From: Nitrospirales bacterium
Lineage (GTDB): Bacteria > Nitrospirota > Nitrospiria > Nitrospirales > UBA8639
Length of the DNA: 64,000 bases
Reading direction: 5' to 3'
NCBI GenBank assembly: GCA_965203295.1
Contig: CBDBCZ010000019.1
Location: 512,001-576,000, forward strand
Position numbers and translations under genes: made by a program
Part shown: positions 31,690 through 42,140 of the stretch, piece after piece
Layout of the letters: every line of letters starts with the position of its first letter
Numbering within the stretch: position 1 is the stretch's first letter
Notes under the pieces: model-generated
Database searches by the model: none
Told to the model about the DNA's origin: nothing
The model's input: only the letters and a program-made list of their open reading frames with translations

Positions 31690-32712
31690 TTAACTTTTGT
31701 ATGAGATCACCACATGTTCCTTGGATTCGGGAACGGGAAATGTTTCATTCTTGGGGAAACCGGTGTTTTTGAACATTGTCTCCAGTTCCTTGAACGTATA
31801 GGCATCTCCCAAAGGAGTGGTGGCCAACATGATGAGGGCGAAATCAGCGGATTCGGGGCTGATTTGATCCTCATTGGGAACAAATTCCAATGTGACGACT
31901 CGTCCTTTATCACCGAGTGCGGCATGGATCTTCCGAAGAAGAGATTCACACGTTGACTGATCAAAATGGTGAAGAAAGTTTGTCAGAAGAACCACGTCAT
32001 AACCTTCGCCATAGTCGACATCGAACGCACTGCCTGCAATAGTGTGATAACGGTTTCCGAGTGATGCGGCATCAGCATTTTCTCGTGCGACGGTTAACAC
32101 GGTGGCCCAATCAACCGCAATAATTGTCGCCTCAGGAAATACTTGAGCGATCTCCACTCCAAAGACGCCATGTCCAGCAGCAATGTCTAAGACCTTTTGA
32201 ACGGGCCGACCTTGTGCTTGCAAATGATTGCTGATCCATTTCGCTGGTCCGATCATCATCGGGACCATGGCCCGCGCAAAATTGACCCATTCAGGATGTT
32301 CCTCTTCAGTCGTGCCCTTGTCGTTTAGGGCGGTTCCACCTTTTCGGACAGCATCGGTAAGGTTCCGAAAACCATCATAAAGGGGAGGAGAGAGCATAAA
32401 TGCTAACGTACCCCCTAGATAGACTGGAGAACCTTCCACCAAAAATGTCGCGGAGTCGGTGGTGAGATGGTAATGGTTTTTCTCTTTGATGAGAAATCTC
32501 AACATGGTTAATCTATCAGCTAACATTTGAATCCCTCGGACGGAGGCTTCGCAGCGTTTGGCAAGAGTATCCACGGAATGATTGCCCTCTTGAATAGCGG
32601 TAAACAGCTGCAAGTCAACTCCGGCTTTGAGAATAGCCGTGCGTTGGTGGGCATTGATGGTTTCGAAGATGAGTTGAGGGGATGAAATTGAAGAATCAAC
32701 AGGTTGTGTCAT
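31690..32712 (-). CDS. O-methyltransferase (dimerisation plus SAM domains)
   Basis: VLDIAAGHG and NFLHHF; N-terminal winged-helix region. Confidence 0.88.
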   Translation of the reverse strand: MTQPVDSSISSPQLIFETINAHQRTAILKAGVDLQLFTAIQEGNHSVDTLAKRCEASVRGIQMLADRLTMLRFLIKEKNHYHLTTDSATFLVEGSPVYLGGTLAFMLSPPLYDGFRNLTDAVRKGGTALNDKGTTEEEHPEWVNFARAMVPMMIGPAKWISNHLQAQGRPVQKVLDIAAGHGVFGVEIAQVFPEATIIAVDWATVLTVARENADAASLGNRYHTIAGSAFDVDYGEGYDVVLLTNFLHHFDQSTCESLLRKIHAALGDKGRVVTLEFVPNEDQISPESADFALIMLATTPLGDAYTFKELETMFKNTGFPKNETFPVPESKEHVVISYKS

Positions 32713-32747
32713 CGTTGTACCTTACTCCTGATTAAGATCATTCAAGA

Positions 32748-33315
32748 TTAATAGACACGAAACACTTGACCATTTAAACGCCCCTCGACACTCTTGCTAT
32801 AAGCTAATGCGACCTTCGATGCGGGGACAGGAACGTGGCCTCGGAAAAATGCTCCAATCTTTTCCATGGATTCCTCGAGAACTTCAGGACTGATAGACGC
32901 GTCAAGAGCAAATCCTTCTACTGCTGCGTTGATCGGTGTGACCGCAGCTCCAGCAAAGATGGGATCGTGACTCAGCACACCGCTGAGTTAGCGTAAATGA
33001 GCCTCCATCATTCACAAAGTCCAAGCCTAAGAGCACAAGATTCACTTGACCCATAAGTTTACTTCGAATCCCACTCTCAAACTCTTTTTCGGTCAATGTT
33101 TCCAATGGCCCAAAATGCGCATTTCCAGTCGTGGAAATCACCGCATCCACTTTCCCAATGGTTTTGTACATCGTCTGGATGGAGTTGGTTGAGGTAATAT
33201 CAACGGTCACATCTCCATCCCGGTAACCGACTTTAACAATCTCATGACGGGCACCTAATTCCTCAACAACAGCACGGCCAATCGTGCCCGTTGCGCCAAC
33301 GACAATGATTTTCAT
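32748..33315 (-). pseudogene. Short-chain dehydrogenase, frameshifted
   Basis: GATGTIG and KLMGQVNL; +1 nt near 32985 (ACT CAG CGG vs expected ACT AGC GGT). Confidence 0.85.
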
Positions 33316-33445
33316 GAAGTCCTCTCAAAATGTTCCTCAAAACTGACGGATGTAATACGGATCGTACCGTGCGAGCTGGTACCTTCCTCAAATGTGGTTG
33401 CCCATCTATCTGTCATGTCTCTGTCTACAGGCCAAGCAACGGGAT

Positions 33446-33892
33446 CTAAGTCAATCGATTAGCAATTTCTCGGTCTAATGACCAGCGACCAGCACCGGTG
33501 ACCATCAAAGTGAGGTACATCCCGATCACGAGTAGATGGTATTCGTATCCCTCTCCGGCTTGTTGATCGAACCAGTTCATGAAGAACCCATGGGGCAGGT
33601 GAACCATCATAACGGCACCGCCCATGATGATTATCAGGCTTGCAGCCGTAAAACGAGTAAGTAGCTCGACGAGGAGGCCAAGACTTCCAAAGAATTCGCC
33701 GATAATGACGAGAAAGGCCACAATCGCCGGAAACCCCATTTGATCTCTAAAAAATCCCATGGTCCCAGAAAATCCATTTCCCCCGTACCAACCCAGAAAC
33801 TTTTGGGCTCCATGGGGAAACATCACGACACCTAGCATGATGCGAAGGATAAAACCAGGCATGTCACCAGTGGTTTGAAATAGGGCTTTCAT
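33446..33892 (-). CDS. DoxX-family membrane protein
   Basis: FPHGAQK, GYEYHLL and GAGRWSLD motifs. Confidence 0.92.
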   Translation of the reverse strand: MKALFQTTGDMPGFILRIMLGVVMFPHGAQKFLGWYGGNGFSGTMGFFRDQMGFPAIVAFLVIIGEFFGSLGLLVELLTRFTAASLIIIMGGAVMMVHLPHGFFMNWFDQQAGEGYEYHLLVIGMYLTLMVTGAGRWSLDREIANRLT

Positions 33893-33996
33893 GGATTGCC
33901 TCCCTTACTCTCACCCATACGTGTACAACACTTCCTCTGGAGTGGCATTGGCACTTCAAGTCTGATTATTCATGAGAACGTCGGTTCAAGCTCAGG

Positions 33997-34524
33997 TTAC
34001 TTGTGTCGTTGTGACTTCGTGCCTTCTTCAGAAAGCCCAGCAAAGTGTTGTTTGAGCCGAGAATGTGACGGGCTGTCATGATTTCGAAAACTGTCTCGAA
34101 TGTTGTGTAACAGCCTAATCATGGTACTGATATCCTGTTTAGACAACGCCCGTTGAAAAAAAGGGCGTATATGACGAGACTGGGCAGGAAACGCTTTGCG
34201 ATACAAAGATTCTCCACGGGGAGTCAGCCGTATCGTTATGGCGCGTCGATCTCCTGGAACAGGGTGCCGAATCACAAGCCCCTTGCTCTCCATTCGATCG
34301 ATAATGCCCGTCAGGCTGGCCTTGGCAAGCAACGTCGAAGTCGACAATTCCGCGGCAGTTAACCCCTCTGTTCCTCCTAATTCAGCCAATACATCAAATT
34401 GGGATGGGGTCAACCCCATAGACCTGATTTGCTTGTCGCCAACCTCAAAAATGGCTTGGTAGGCCTCAACCAAGGGGCGAAGGATTCTAAGATAGGGGTC
34501 ATCTTTGAAGTCCCAGGGTCCCAT
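33997..34524 (-). CDS. MarR-family regulator
   Basis: LTPSQFDVL, LTGIIDRME and DRRAITIRLTPRG. Confidence 0.9.
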   Translation of the reverse strand: MGPWDFKDDPYLRILRPLVEAYQAIFEVGDKQIRSMGLTPSQFDVLAELGGTEGLTAAELSTSTLLAKASLTGIIDRMESKGLVIRHPVPGDRRAITIRLTPRGESLYRKAFPAQSRHIRPFFQRALSKQDISTMIRLLHNIRDSFRNHDSPSHSRLKQHFAGLSEEGTKSQRHK

Positions 34525-34538
34525 TTATTAAAAGATAT

Positions 34539-34559
34539 ATAGTATATGTTTAAACTATT
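34539..34559. promoter_or_regulatory. Possible MarR operator
   Basis: ATAGTATATGTTTAAACTAT imperfect palindrome just upstream of marR. Confidence 0.5.
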
Positions 34560-34614
34560 GTCAACCCTAGTTCAGCTTCCATGCCAGTTCTCATGAGAAA
34601 GAGATCATAACTTC

Positions 34615-35034
34615 TCATTCAGGAGAACGTGAAAAGCTGAATCCAGTTGTTTGGACTTCGCGATAAGGAAGTAACCAAACCAATGATTCGTCGTGAAGGT
34701 CACCAACCTGAATGCGGTTGCCCCAAGGATCCCGAAAATCACAACGAAATCCAGGCTCTAACTGGAGTCCGTATTCCTTTGTTACTTTTTCACGTACTTC
34801 GCTGATTTGTATTTCATCTCGCACCATGAACCCAAAGTGTTTCATCCGATCAGGGCGCAGCTCTTTGACTTCGAAAATTGCTAAAAATTGATGTTCGCCT
34901 AATTTACACCAAGCAGCACCTTCTCCCCCTCTCAGCATTTCAAGGTTGAAGACATCGGAATAAAACTCGACGGCCTTTTGGGCATCGTCAACTTCAATGA
35001 CCACATGGTTGACGCCGTATACTTGGACTGCCAT
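34615..35034 (-). CDS. VOC/glyoxalase-family protein
   Basis: NHVVIEV, HFGF and DPWGNRIQ motifs. Confidence 0.88.
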   Translation of the reverse strand: MAVQVYGVNHVVIEVDDAQKAVEFYSDVFNLEMLRGGEGAAWCKLGEHQFLAIFEVKELRPDRMKHFGFMVRDEIQISEVREKVTKEYGLQLEPGFRCDFRDPWGNRIQVGDLHDESLVWLLPYREVQTTGFSFSRSPE

Positions 35035-35076
35035 ATCGGTTTCTCCTTAACAATTGGCTCACAACTATTAACAGCG

Positions 35077-35937
35077 TTACCCTTTTGCCCATTCAGCTTT
35101 GGCTATCAGTTCCGGAAAAGTTGTGAGTGGGATCCCATATTGTTCTCGAAGCGCTGATATATCAGCTGAGTATCCTTCTTCATTGAACCATCGAAACATC
35201 GCCGCCATGTCATGCTCCATGGTAGCTTCCGCTTGATCATCGGGCATCTGTTCGAAGGTAACTGTCCGGTTCATCGTCCTTGAAAGATTGGCAGTTACTT
35301 CGGGCATCGTGAGTTCATCTCCGGCCAATTCGATGCTGTGACCGATAAATGCATCGGGATGTAACAAGGCGGCGGCTCCAAATTCGCCAATATCCTTGAC
35401 GGCCACCATTTGGAGTTTCGTTTCAGGTCGCATCGGGAGGATGAGAGTTCCTTGAAGAATTCCTTCTCGAAAAAAGGTTCCAAAATTGTCCATAAAAAAG
35501 GTGGGACGCAAAATCGTTGCGCGCAGACCAAGCTATTGAATGTATTGTTCCACTTTCCATTTTGTCTCAAAGTGGGGGATTCCACTGTTTCGTTTGGCGC
35601 CGCCTACAGAGGTAAACACATAGTGACCGATGTTGGCCTGTTTTGCGGCATCAGCCAGCGTCTTCCCCTGATGGACTTCAGCTTCCATGCCTGATTCAAG
35701 GGGAGTCGTCATGGCAAATATTCCATCAACACCGGTCAGGGCCTTCGCAAGAGCTGATCGATCGGTCACGTCTCCCACAAACACCTCGGCTCCTTGCTAT
35801 TTCAGGCACTCCGCCTTTTCGGCATTCCGAGTTAATATTCGAACCTGTTGACCTTGTTGCAATAAACTGCGAGCAACCCCTCCTACTTGCTGACCAGTGG
35901 CTCCTACGACGAAGAACTTCTTCAATTGAGTGGCCAT
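35077..35937 (-). pseudogene. NmrA/HSCARG-family protein with two in-frame TAGs
   Basis: ATG 35937, GATGQQVG, PHFETK and LRPTFFMDN; TAG at 35797 and 35533 in one frame. Confidence 0.9.
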
Positions 35938-36002
35938 GCCCTTTCTCCTTTGTTCAACGGTGAATCAATCCTGAATGAGTTTCTCAGTTTGAAAATCTGT
36001 TC

Positions 36003-36893
36003 TTAATGGATTCGACCTATCTGTCCGTTCTGGTAATCTCTGAATGCTTGCTGAAGTTCCTCTTGGGTATTCATCACAAACGGTCCGTAGCGCGCGACAG
36101 GCTCTCCGATGGGGACACCAGCTAATAACAGGAATCGTGCTTCCAATCTCTGGCTCGAAGGTACTTTGACTTGAACAAAGGAGCCTTTACCGAGGACGGC
36201 AAGTTGGCCTTCTTCGACCTGTTGCAAGCCTGAGCCCATCAATACACTTCCTGAGAAAACATAGATGCCTCCATTGTGATCAGGGTTTATCTCAAGGGCT
36301 ATATCGGCACCAGGTTTTAGGGTCCAGTCTTGACACATGATTGGGGTGTGCGTGTCGATGACTGACTTCGCTCCCAAGGCTTCGCCGGCGATAACCTTCA
36401 CATGAATCAGCCCATCAGGACTCGTCACCATTGGAATCCTCTTTTGAGGGATTTCTTGGTAGCGCGGAGGTGACATCTTCAATCGCGCCGGAAGATTGAC
36501 CCAAATTTGGAACCCATGCACGGGGCCTCCTTCCTCCATCAGTCGACGAGACGGCATTTCAGAGTGCACCACTCCAGCTCCAGCCGTCATCCACTGAACG
36601 TCTCCTGGCATCAAGATGCCCTGATGCCCAGAGGAGTCTTTGTGTTCGCCTTCACCTTGAAGGAGGTAGGTGACGGTCTCAAATCCACGGTGCGGGTGAT
36701 CTGGCGCCCCGATGGCCTTACCGGGTGCATACGTCACTGGCCCGAACTCATCAATGAGCAGGAACGGATCCAGAAGTTCAAGTTGATGGTTTGGTAATGG
36801 CCGCCGAACCAGAAACCCACCGCCCTCTTTTTGTTGGTGGGCATTCACCACATGTTCAATTTGGCGTTGCATAGGCTGCTCCTTTTGTTCCAT
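36003..36893 (-). CDS. Pirin-family protein
   Basis: DPFLLID, HPHRGFETVT, WMTAGAGVVHSE and YGPFVMNT. Confidence 0.95.
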   Translation of the reverse strand: MEQKEQPMQRQIEHVVNAHQQKEGGGFLVRRPLPNHQLELLDPFLLIDEFGPVTYAPGKAIGAPDHPHRGFETVTYLLQGEGEHKDSSGHQGILMPGDVQWMTAGAGVVHSEMPSRRLMEEGGPVHGFQIWVNLPARLKMSPPRYQEIPQKRIPMVTSPDGLIHVKVIAGEALGAKSVIDTHTPIMCQDWTLKPGADIALEINPDHNGGIYVFSGSVLMGSGLQQVEEGQLAVLGKGSFVQVKVPSSQRLEARFLLLAGVPIGEPVARYGPFVMNTQEELQQAFRDYQNGQIGRIH

Positions 36894-36975
36894 CGCGTCT
36901 TCCTTGGTATTTGCCTATCGGTTTCTATTTATTTGCCGACAGGGTGCTCATGAAAAACATTCTATTCCCACAAAG

Positions 36976-37377
36976 TTAAACCGCCCTGCCAGATGTGTGG
37001 GAAGATGTCATCCGAATCCTATACCCATCAGGTCCAATGAGATAAAAGTTGCTGTGAATCCTTCCTGTTTCAATTTCGGAAGGCGTCATTCCTAACTCCA
37101 AACATCTTTGTCGAGTGCTAGAAAGATCATCAACCATCAAATCAAACGGTGGTGTTTGACCGGACGAAATCGCTGCTCCATCTTCTGGGGTCTCTAATAC
37201 GAGGTGAGTCCCACCTCGGAGTTCCAACACCGCAAAATCGTTATCTTGATGGATATGCCTCATCCCCAATTTGAGAAAATAATCCACAGCGCGACCGACA
37301 TTCGTCACCACCAAGTCCACATGACCAACTGCAACCGATGGCCTAGATTCCAAACTATTGTCTATCGTCGTTTTCAC
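36976..37377 (-). CDS. VOC/glyoxalase-family protein
   Basis: VGHVDL, LELRGGTHL and GPDGY motifs. Confidence 0.8.
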   Translation of the reverse strand: MKTTIDNSLESRPSVAVGHVDLVVTNVGRAVDYFLKLGMRHIHQDNDFAVLELRGGTHLVLETPEDGAAISSGQTPPFDLMVDDLSSTRQRCLELGMTPSEIETGRIHSNFYLIGPDGYRIRMTSSHTSGRAV

Positions 37378-37523
37378 GGCTCTTTCCTCCTTCTGACCAA
37401 TTCACAAAGACACGTGACCTGTCCCTTGACCCTCTGTGGCCCAAAGAGCCGGGTTTCATGGTGAGGGTCTTCTTCGGATCGATTTGGGATCAGAATATTT
37501 AATTCATATTTATATAGTACTAA

Positions 37524-38360
37524 TTATAACAATATCAACCCTATAATCTTTTTATCGAGATCTCCGCCTGTCACAACCAGTGCATCTTTGTGCGCACTAT
37601 CCTTAAACTCTTCGGGAAGTCTTTCGACAAACAGATGAAAAGGGCGAATTAGTTTCTCGGAAGTCAGTGATTGAGTGGAACCAAGGGAGGTGTGAGAAAT
37701 AAGACGACGAGGAGCCTTCATGTTGTCCATCAGGTATTTCCAAAGGCTGGAGGGATTCTCATCAAAAACGATACTTGAATTGGCCGGATATGTCATCCAA
37801 AAACCTCTTTCAACCTCACTCCGAAGTTGTCCAGGGAACCAACTGGCATGCCCCGCATAAATTCGAAACCGCTTTTGTCCGTTTGGCGTCGCCATCATCT
37901 GTTGGATAACCTTCAGGTTTCCTCCAAAATACAATCCTTCCATAACCTGACGGGTATTAGAAAATTCTCTATCTGCCTCCAAAAGCATGAGGATTCCTCT
38001 CAGACGAACCGGTCCTCCGGCATACACGACTGGTGGTGCCTCTTCTGAGGCAGGGATTTTGGGCAGCACCTTGGATACGAGAATATCAGAGGGACGATTC
38101 AAAATGAGCCCAATGGTTTTTGTCGCATCATGTTGGCATATCAACACAACCGTTTGTCGAAAATTTGGGTCCTGAAGGCGAGGATGGGCAATCAAAAGAG
38201 TGCCAGGGGCAATGTTGGGGGTGACTTGAGCTGGCAACGGTGAGATACAAGAACCGAATACCCCGATCCCCAAAAGGAACGCTACGATAAGGTATCGATG
38301 TCTGAACCATGGGGAAGAGAAGTGATGAATGCTCATCAATGCTTTGATATGACTCCACAC
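37524..38360 (-). CDS. YqgE/AlgH (DUF179) family protein with N-terminal TM/signal
   Basis: LLIAHPRLQDPNFRQTVV, GLILNRP, YAGGPV and WFPGQLRSE. Confidence 0.85.
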   Translation of the reverse strand: MWSHIKALMSIHHFSSPWFRHRYLIVAFLLGIGVFGSCISPLPAQVTPNIAPGTLLIAHPRLQDPNFRQTVVLICQHDATKTIGLILNRPSDILVSKVLPKIPASEEAPPVVYAGGPVRLRGILMLLEADREFSNTRQVMEGLYFGGNLKVIQQMMATPNGQKRFRIYAGHASWFPGQLRSEVERGFWMTYPANSSIVFDENPSSLWKYLMDNMKAPRRLISHTSLGSTQSLTSEKLIRPFHLFVERLPEEFKDSAHKDALVVTGGDLDKKIIGLILL

Positions 38361-38761
38361 TTTCTGAGTACAGTGATCGTCACGATGATGGCTGGAATGT
38401 GCTCATCTAACATGCGAGGTCACGTGAATGATCATTGACGGATAGGTACCCTACAACATGGTGGTGTCCCTCACACGATGGAAGCGGCGGATGATGTCAT
38501 GATGTGATCGAACACCTCATGCTAAACCCCACTGCCTCGGTTGTAAAGTTTTAATGGGGACCGAGTTTATTCCTTTTGCAGGGCTCTACGGCCTTTCGCA
38601 CTTTAGACGAGTCCCACAATTCATACACTGCTAGAGCCTTTCAGTTTCTGAATCGTGTCATTTCTCTCTTTTCATGAATGGATGAGAGGTTTATAAGGCT
38701 GACGCAAGCCGCACTTCCTTTGGTTGATCCCCCATGGGCCCTTTGGTAGACTGTCTCCTGT

Positions 38762-38836
38762 GGGCGATTAGCTCAGTGGGAGAGCGCTTCCCTCACACGG
38801 AAGAGGCCACTGGTTCGATACCAGTATCGCCCACCA
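38762..38836 (+). tRNA. tRNA-Val (anticodon CAC)
   Basis: GGGCGAT/ATCGCCC acceptor stem, CTTCC-CTCACAC-GGAAG anticodon arm, GGTTCGA T-loop, encoded CCA. Confidence 0.97.
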
Positions 38837-38934
38837 TCCATTTACCCCATTTCGGTAATCTCTCTACCTTCGTTTTTCTTTTGATAAATCCCCTCTCTAA
38901 GGAAGAAACCTGCCATTGGAGTTTTTTAGGCAGA

Positions 38935-40086
38935 ATGCATTCTCAGAAGGTGACAATACTGCTCATCAACTGTGCCTTATGGACATTGTTTTTCTTTGTC
39001 CTCTCATGTACCTCTAACCCTTCTCCCTCTCCCTTGCCACCTTCCAAGAGTGATTTGGAGTTGTTGGAAACCAAGTCCTTGTGTGAGCCAAAGGCGGTAA
39101 CCCTTACCGGTTGGAAAGGGACCACGTTCAAAAGAATTTCATGGGGTACCGGTGAACAATTATTCAGATCTGCTTTTAGTGGTCAACCCAATCATGACCG
39201 GTTTCTATTTTTTAATGAAGAGAACATTCTGGTGGGAGCGGCATTTGATTTTGGAGAGGGATTGAGTCTGGAGCCATATCCTGATCTTCGGGACACGCTT
39301 TCAAAGTTACCTCCTGCCTTGGAATATTATTTAGATACTTCTTCTATATTGCAGGGAGGAAAACCGGAGACGGCCGTGTTATACCGGACCGGGGATGAAA
39401 CCAGCACGATTCGGTATACCGTGTCAAAGAGAGACGATGATCCTATCTTACTCGTCGCTTCTATAGCCATTGATCCCTATGAGCCTTTGTTCTCGAAGAT
39501 GGAAAGGCCTCTTCTCAAGGAACGACTCTGGTTACAGGGAATACCTTCGCCTGCTCAATCAGGAAAACATTCTGATGATGCCAGGGAGTTTTTAGCTCAT
39601 CAGCAATTTGCACGGGGACAAGCGGCTTGGTTTAAGTCTTGCGGGAAACGTCACACGTCGACGGCCATCGATGCCTATAGGAAAGCGATAGCCCATAATC
39701 TTGCCGATAAACAACGTCTCTCAGAAGCCCATCATATTTTGGGTTTAGCTCTTAAAGAAAAAGGACAGTTAGAAGAAGCGCAAACACATATTGAAGAGGC
39801 CTTGGTTGTTCGACCGAACGTTCCAACCGTGGTCAATAGTTTAGGAACGGTCTTAGCTGAACGAAGGAAAAAAGCCGAAGCGATAGCAAAATTTGAGCAG
39901 GCCATCGTCCTCAAACCAAACTATGCGAGAGCTCGGTTTAATTTGGCAGAAGCCCTAGAAGACGTAAATCCTCGTCGCGCTATTGAGGAATATGAAACAT
40001 ATTTGGTTCTTGCTGAAGGAGTGTATGAAGAGCAAGCTCGTTCCGCGTTAGCTCGTAATCGGGTCGAACGTCTGAAAGGCAAATGA
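38935..40086 (+). CDS. TPR-containing lipoprotein
   Basis: ATG 38935 (the ORF-track start runs through the tRNA); lipobox VLSC; C-terminal TPRs (AHHILGLAL, NSLGTVL, ARFNLAEAL). Confidence 0.8.
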   Translation: MHSQKVTILLINCALWTLFFFVLSCTSNPSPSPLPPSKSDLELLETKSLCEPKAVTLTGWKGTTFKRISWGTGEQLFRSAFSGQPNHDRFLFFNEENILVGAAFDFGEGLSLEPYPDLRDTLSKLPPALEYYLDTSSILQGGKPETAVLYRTGDETSTIRYTVSKRDDDPILLVASIAIDPYEPLFSKMERPLLKERLWLQGIPSPAQSGKHSDDAREFLAHQQFARGQAAWFKSCGKRHTSTAIDAYRKAIAHNLADKQRLSEAHHILGLALKEKGQLEEAQTHIEEALVVRPNVPTVVNSLGTVLAERRKKAEAIAKFEQAIVLKPNYARARFNLAEALEDVNPRRAIEEYETYLVLAEGVYEEQARSALARNRVERLKGK

Positions 40087-40130
40087 CTAGCGCAGCTTTC
40101 ACCTCATCCCAAGAATTCACACCTGTTTCG

Positions 40131-40164
40131 ATTGAATCCAAATATCCATTGAATCCAAATATCC
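40131..40164 (+). repeat. 17-bp tandem duplication
   Basis: ATTGAATCCAAATATCC x2. Confidence 0.9.
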
Positions 40165-40289
40165 ATGTTGACATTTCCATAATTTTGATTGTTGCCTGCG
40201 ACCTCTGTGGGAATTCGCCTGGTATGTCAAGCTGATGCGTGCTCAATCAACATTGTGAAGTCAACTCTGCATGGTGTCTTGGTATCTCT

Positions 40290-40964
40290 ATGAGAAAGAA
40301 CAAAAGCCCTAAGTTTTATGCTGTCCGCGTAGGGAGAACCCCTGGAATTTATACGGTCTGGGAGACTTGCTGGGACCAAGTGAGGGGCTATCCAGGTGCC
40401 CAGTACAAAGCCTTTCCTACACAAGAATTAGCAGAGGCCTATGTACAAGATGGTGCCTCTTCTTCCCTCGTTCAGTCCATGGATTTTTCACCAGAGAATG
40501 ATAGTGACGCCGCTAACCCATCTGTCGCAATTTGGGTTGATGGTGCCTGTATTCAACACGAAGATGGATCCATGAAATTCGGATGGGCATTTGTTGTTGT
40601 TGAAGAAGATGATGAGCGTGCAAGAGGCAGCGGAAATGATATTCCTCAAGAAGCTCGCAAGCATAGAAACGTGGCTGGGGAAATTTGTGCTGTACTACAA
40701 GCTCTTTCCTGGTGCAAGGCTCATGGTATTAGGGCGGCGACCATTTATTACGATTATCAGGGCTTAGCGAGTTGGGTTGATGGGTCGTGGAAAACGAACA
40801 CTCCTTGGACTCGCCAGTACGCACAAGCCGTATGGGACTCCGGATTGACTCTGAAATGGAAAAAAGTTCGAGCGCATTCCGGAGAACCTTACAACGAATT
40901 GGCTGATCAACTTGCCAAAAAGGCGGCTCAAGGCGAGGGGGTTAACGGGGGGATGGGCTCTTGA
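40290..40964 (+). CDS. rnhA: Ribonuclease HI with N-terminal viroplasmin/hybrid-binding domain
   Basis: FYAVRVGRTPGIYTVW...YKAF; WVDGA, RNVAGE, YDYQG and KVRAHSG...NELADQLAK. Confidence 0.9.
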   Translation: MRKNKSPKFYAVRVGRTPGIYTVWETCWDQVRGYPGAQYKAFPTQELAEAYVQDGASSSLVQSMDFSPENDSDAANPSVAIWVDGACIQHEDGSMKFGWAFVVVEEDDERARGSGNDIPQEARKHRNVAGEICAVLQALSWCKAHGIRAATIYYDYQGLASWVDGSWKTNTPWTRQYAQAVWDSGLTLKWKKVRAHSGEPYNELADQLAKKAAQGEGVNGGMGS

Positions 40965-40992
40965 GGCAAATGAATCGGTTCCTTTTCCTGTT

Positions 40993-41146
40993 CCGCCTTG
41001 CGCGTGGCTGAGTCACAGCGCTGAATCGACTGATCGGCGAGGACTGTCTGAGCGGAGCGAGTTCCGCAGGGCCGCGGGCTGGCGGGAATGGTTTTGGGTC
41101 CTTTTGCCGAAACAAAAGGACCTCGACTGCCGGGGCGAAACCCGGC
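40993..41146 (-). repeat. Structured intergenic repeat, family 1, copy a
   Basis: Contains reverse complement of GGTCCTTTTGTTTCGGCAAAAGGACC and of GCCGGGTTTCGCCCCGGC; homologous to 56716-56787 and 57710-57970. Confidence 0.9.
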
Positions 41147-41153
41147 TACCAAA

Positions 41154-42128
41154 CTAAAGTTTGCCTTCTCCTTTCAGATACTTCCTGAACCGATTCATCA
41201 AATCTTCACCTAGCACTCCCACTTCTGGTTTTTCTTTCATATATTCCCGGATCTCGGTCAACCGCTGTGAAGCTTGCTCATTGCCCTTCAGACGTTTGAC
41301 TTTTTCCATGGCATCATTGAATGCATCAAAGGTGAGTTCTTTGTACCCAAAACTACGAATTCGTTTGACAGCCTTCATCATGGCTTCGTTTCGAAATTGA
41401 GTCAGGTATTCGGAGTCAATTTCTTCTAGGCCGAGCTTTCGGGCCCGGCGTTCGGCAGCCTTCCGTATACCACTCCGGACAAATTCCGGGGAAGTGTGAA
41501 GACGCTTCCAGGCGTCATCTGACCAGGCGACTGCTTGTTGTGGTTCTTCCCATAATGTTTTAAGAGTGTCTTCATCAATTCGAGTCAGTCCCCTTTCTAA
41601 GGCTAAGTCCTCGGTATCATGTTTGAGCATGTCGGTGACAAAATCCATAGCAATAGGAGGGGAATCCTGGATTTTTTTCTTGAGCAACTCTTGGGCACCT
41701 GACGTCCAATCTATCGCAGGTCGATCGATCTCTGAAGGGTCTCCCAAGGACTCGACTTTGTCGAATAATTCGACATTGACTTCCAAGTGGCCCCGTTCTC
41801 GAGCAATGTCTTCCGTAATCTGCTTGATCATCGCCCTCATGAATTCAGGAACTGTGTCCAAGCGCTTTCGAGCTTCGGCTGTCCAAGGCAGCTGTCCCTT
41901 TTCCATTTGGGCTGCAGCCTCGACCATGCTGGATTCTCCTCCCATTTGACCCATCATTTGCTTTTTGAACTGGTCGAGGAGTTCTCCAGTAATTTGATCA
42001 TACCCAAGATCCTTGGCTTTTTTTTCAGCTAGTCGTTTGACCATTCCTCGTAAAAAGACGGGAGCACGATCCAATCGTTGAAGAGCTGCCTCTGTCCACG
42101 AAATGTCCGGAGATTCCAAAGTACTCAC
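41154..42128 (-). CDS. Protein with four tandem PCP_red-like domains
   Basis: Four W(T/S)xxAxxxL...P...A repeats (WTEAALQRL, WTAEARKRL, WTSGAQELL, WSDDAWKRL). Confidence 0.8.
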   Translation of the reverse strand: MSTLESPDISWTEAALQRLDRAPVFLRGMVKRLAEKKAKDLGYDQITGELLDQFKKQMMGQMGGESSMVEAAAQMEKGQLPWTAEARKRLDTVPEFMRAMIKQITEDIARERGHLEVNVELFDKVESLGDPSEIDRPAIDWTSGAQELLKKKIQDSPPIAMDFVTDMLKHDTEDLALERGLTRIDEDTLKTLWEEPQQAVAWSDDAWKRLHTSPEFVRSGIRKAAERRARKLGLEEIDSEYLTQFRNEAMMKAVKRIRSFGYKELTFDAFNDAMEKVKRLKGNEQASQRLTEIREYMKEKPEVGVLGEDLMNRFRKYLKGEGKL

Positions 42129-42140
42129 AAGATTGTTACC

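Noticed and set aside
1630..35799. Stop-codon reassignment (TGA=Gly/Trp or TAG=Gln/Pyl)
   Set aside because: Internal stops are of all three types and are mixed with frameshifts; intact genes end in TGA, TAG and TAA; core genes have no internal stops
38762..38836. Prophage or island integrated at tRNA-Val
   Set aside because: No integrase and no duplicated tRNA 3' end noticed in the window
38734..38934. N-terminal extension of the 450-aa ORF
   Set aside because: Overlaps tRNA-Val; ATG 38935 gives a proper lipoprotein signal
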